This document shows, in pieces, positions 61,696 through 64,000 of a stretch of 64,000 nucleotides of DNA. The stretch is taken from the NCBI GenBank assembly GCA_039621445.1, contig CP154954.1, positions 3,415,715 to 3,479,714 on the forward strand, given 5' to 3'. A program made the translations under genes and the position numbers. Position 1 is the first letter of the stretch. Each line of letters begins with the position of its first letter. Under the pieces are notes generated by a model that was not told the DNA's origin, did not search any database, and saw only the letters and a list, made by a program, of their open reading frames with translations. The stretch is from Euglena gracilis. Lineage: Eukaryota.

Positions 61696-64000
61696 AAAGA
61701 GGAAACAAACAGAAACCCATTTCCCCATCATTTATGACATGAAACGGCAAAACATGTCGGCTCGATGCATAACCAGACCCCTGGACACGGGACGGGGTGG
61801 GGGTGGGGTGGGGTGGGGGTGGGGAGGGTCAGCCCTGGACCCATCCACCCCTCCCCCAGGGGTGACTCTGAGTGAAAAAAAAAAGTTTGGTTCAGCACCC
61901 ACCGGGGCCCTTTGCATCAACCATCTGCATACCAGTTTCCCCAAGTGGTTGGCGCGCATTTGCACACAAATAAAATTTGTTTATGGGCGCATTTGCGCGC
62001 AAGGGTATGCCATTTTTAACTTCAACGTTTTGTGTTGTGTGTGCGTGCAAATGCGTCCACAAACAAATTATGTTTGTGCGCATTTGCACGTTTTCGCTCA
62101 CAAACACACATCAGTTGCGTGACGGCTGGCAAACACAGTATGTAGTATGAGATGCCATATCACTCCGTGTGTCCTAACGGGCGGCTGCAGTACCCAAGCC
62201 AGTTGAGGCACCACGTCAGCACCAGTACCAATTGTCATGACAGCGGGTGTGCTTCTCACCTGTTTGACGTACAAGAGCACCAATCTCTCCCTTGGCACTT
62301 TTTGCGTCACTCGGTCAGCAACATGTGTACCAAACCCCCTGGAGTTACAACCCTCTAACACGGGGTTGCAACAGTTCATAAACTGTTTTCCATGTTTCAG
62401 GGAGTTAAAGGACACTGATGATTACCACAACTCTACGAGGTTTTGGGACGTAATAGGCGCGTTGGTGCGCGCATTTGCGCGCACAAATGATTTGCAAACA
62501 AACAATTTGTTTGCGGCGCAAATGCGCGGGCAAACATTTAATCATTTACTTCAAAATAATGGATTTGTGTGAGCCTTAGCGCACACAAACAATTTGTTTG
62601 TGGGCGCAAATGCGCGCACCAACGAATAATAGTTGTGCGATACCATCTCCTCGTCCGTGATGGCTGGCGAACGCAATTCCGCACACCAACCATTGATGAT
62701 ACACACCACCAGTGCGTGGTGATGAAATTTGCGGTGAGAGGTAGCGCATGATGTTCACTTGAGCACGGCACCTGGCGTGAGGAAAATTGCCTGCCTTACG
62801 TGTGCACGTTCTGCACTGCTGTTCCCCGGCCCGCAGGTCAGGTAGTTTTTGCACCATCGGTTTGGCAGTTAAGCGTATCAAATTGCGCAAACAACCTGCG
62901 ACTGTTGGACACTTTTTCTGCAACAGTACTGTGTTGCCAGAATTCAAAATTTGGAACCTGGAATACCCAGGATGCGTCAAACCGGGAATCTGTTTTCCGG
63001 TGTTCGCCATCGTGTCTCCTCATTTCTCCCTTAGAAAACATGCAACGCACCAGCTTTGACACATAACTTGTGGGGGGCAAGTCCCACTGCTTTCATGCAA
63101 CCAATCGAGTGGTAAAGGTTCAACAATTCCTGCAAATAACGGGTGTTTGAGGGCTACGTTTCTCCGGCTGCTGGTTGCCATGAACTGCTGGTTGCCATGA
63201 ACTGGCACCACGTCGTCCCCCAGTCTCACGCCCCAGTTGCGGGGAATAACGTGGCCACTGACAGTGGGTGCTGTTGCTGGGGAGGTGGATGCCGGCTTGG
63301 TGGGCGCTGAGGCATCAGCAGCTGATGTGGCTGCAGCAGCGGAGCCCAAGCCGCGGGCTAGCGGCAAGGCCTTTGGGATCCTGAATTGGTGCCGGCGGAC
63401 GTGCACCGTTATCGGGGGGCTGCGTAACCACCTTCAGGAGATCCTCTCTCAACCATTCCTGGGACCTGTCACTACAGTAGAATTGGCCCCCTAATACCTG
63501 ATGTTGGGGAAGATGGTATGCTCGTTGGGGTTGAACCCTTCAGAAGCCAGTGAAGGTGGTTGTTGCAGGGCCGAGTGGTGTCGCTTCATTGGCAATTCAT
63601 TTGCGCTAAAGCGCGCGTCACTTTGTTCGCTGGCAAATAAGTGCAAATGAACCACTTGTGAAATTTTGGAATTTCTGCAACTGTTTCATTTGCTTTTCGT
63701 GCCCACCAACAGCATGACCCATGACAATAGCATGATGGACACATGAACCACCAGCGATTTACCGGCGTTTGACGGTTGTGTATTTTGTCGCATTGAACAT
63801 AATTTTTTTGTGTAGTGTATTTGCGCACACAAGCACAATTTTTGCCTATGGACTGACGCCATTGATAAACAGTATCACAAACCCACCAAATTATATTTCT
63901 CGACGTTCTACTGGTTCGCGCCATCATGGCCTCTTTGTCACACTGTTCATCAACGGTGTCAGTTCATGAGCGCTAAAGCCCAACCCTTGAAGGACAAAAT

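Overview
Repeat-dense eukaryotic DNA, probably from a euglenid-like protist. That assignment is inferred from GTG-type donors, one candidate non-conventional intron and a CRE-clade RT relic; it is not proven. No intact protein-coding element was found. (1) 1-17.4 kb is a mosaic of nested inverted repeats, MITEs, (TATAC)n tracts, tRNA-like elements and a CRE-like RT fragment; 11010-16198 is a duplicate of 1-8998 with two deletions and one inversion. (2) 17988-30870 is a decayed composite Ty3/Gypsy chromovirus locus with LTRs, PPT, gag-like sequence, PR, RT, RH, IN and chromodomain. Two diverged related elements each carry both a C5-cytosine DNA methyltransferase and a DIRS/Dam-type N6-adenine methyltransferase just upstream of the protease, in opposite orders. 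This is the main finding. (3) 30.9-35 kb holds an APE-LINE fragment and a DIRS-like element (gag, RT, RH, MT, YR), both with internal inversions. (4) 35-64 kb is intron-like DNA with MITEs and microsatellites, containing a multi-exon minus-strand host gene of unknown function (exons ~60570 to 50694). Most of the short ORFs in the supplied track are spurious.
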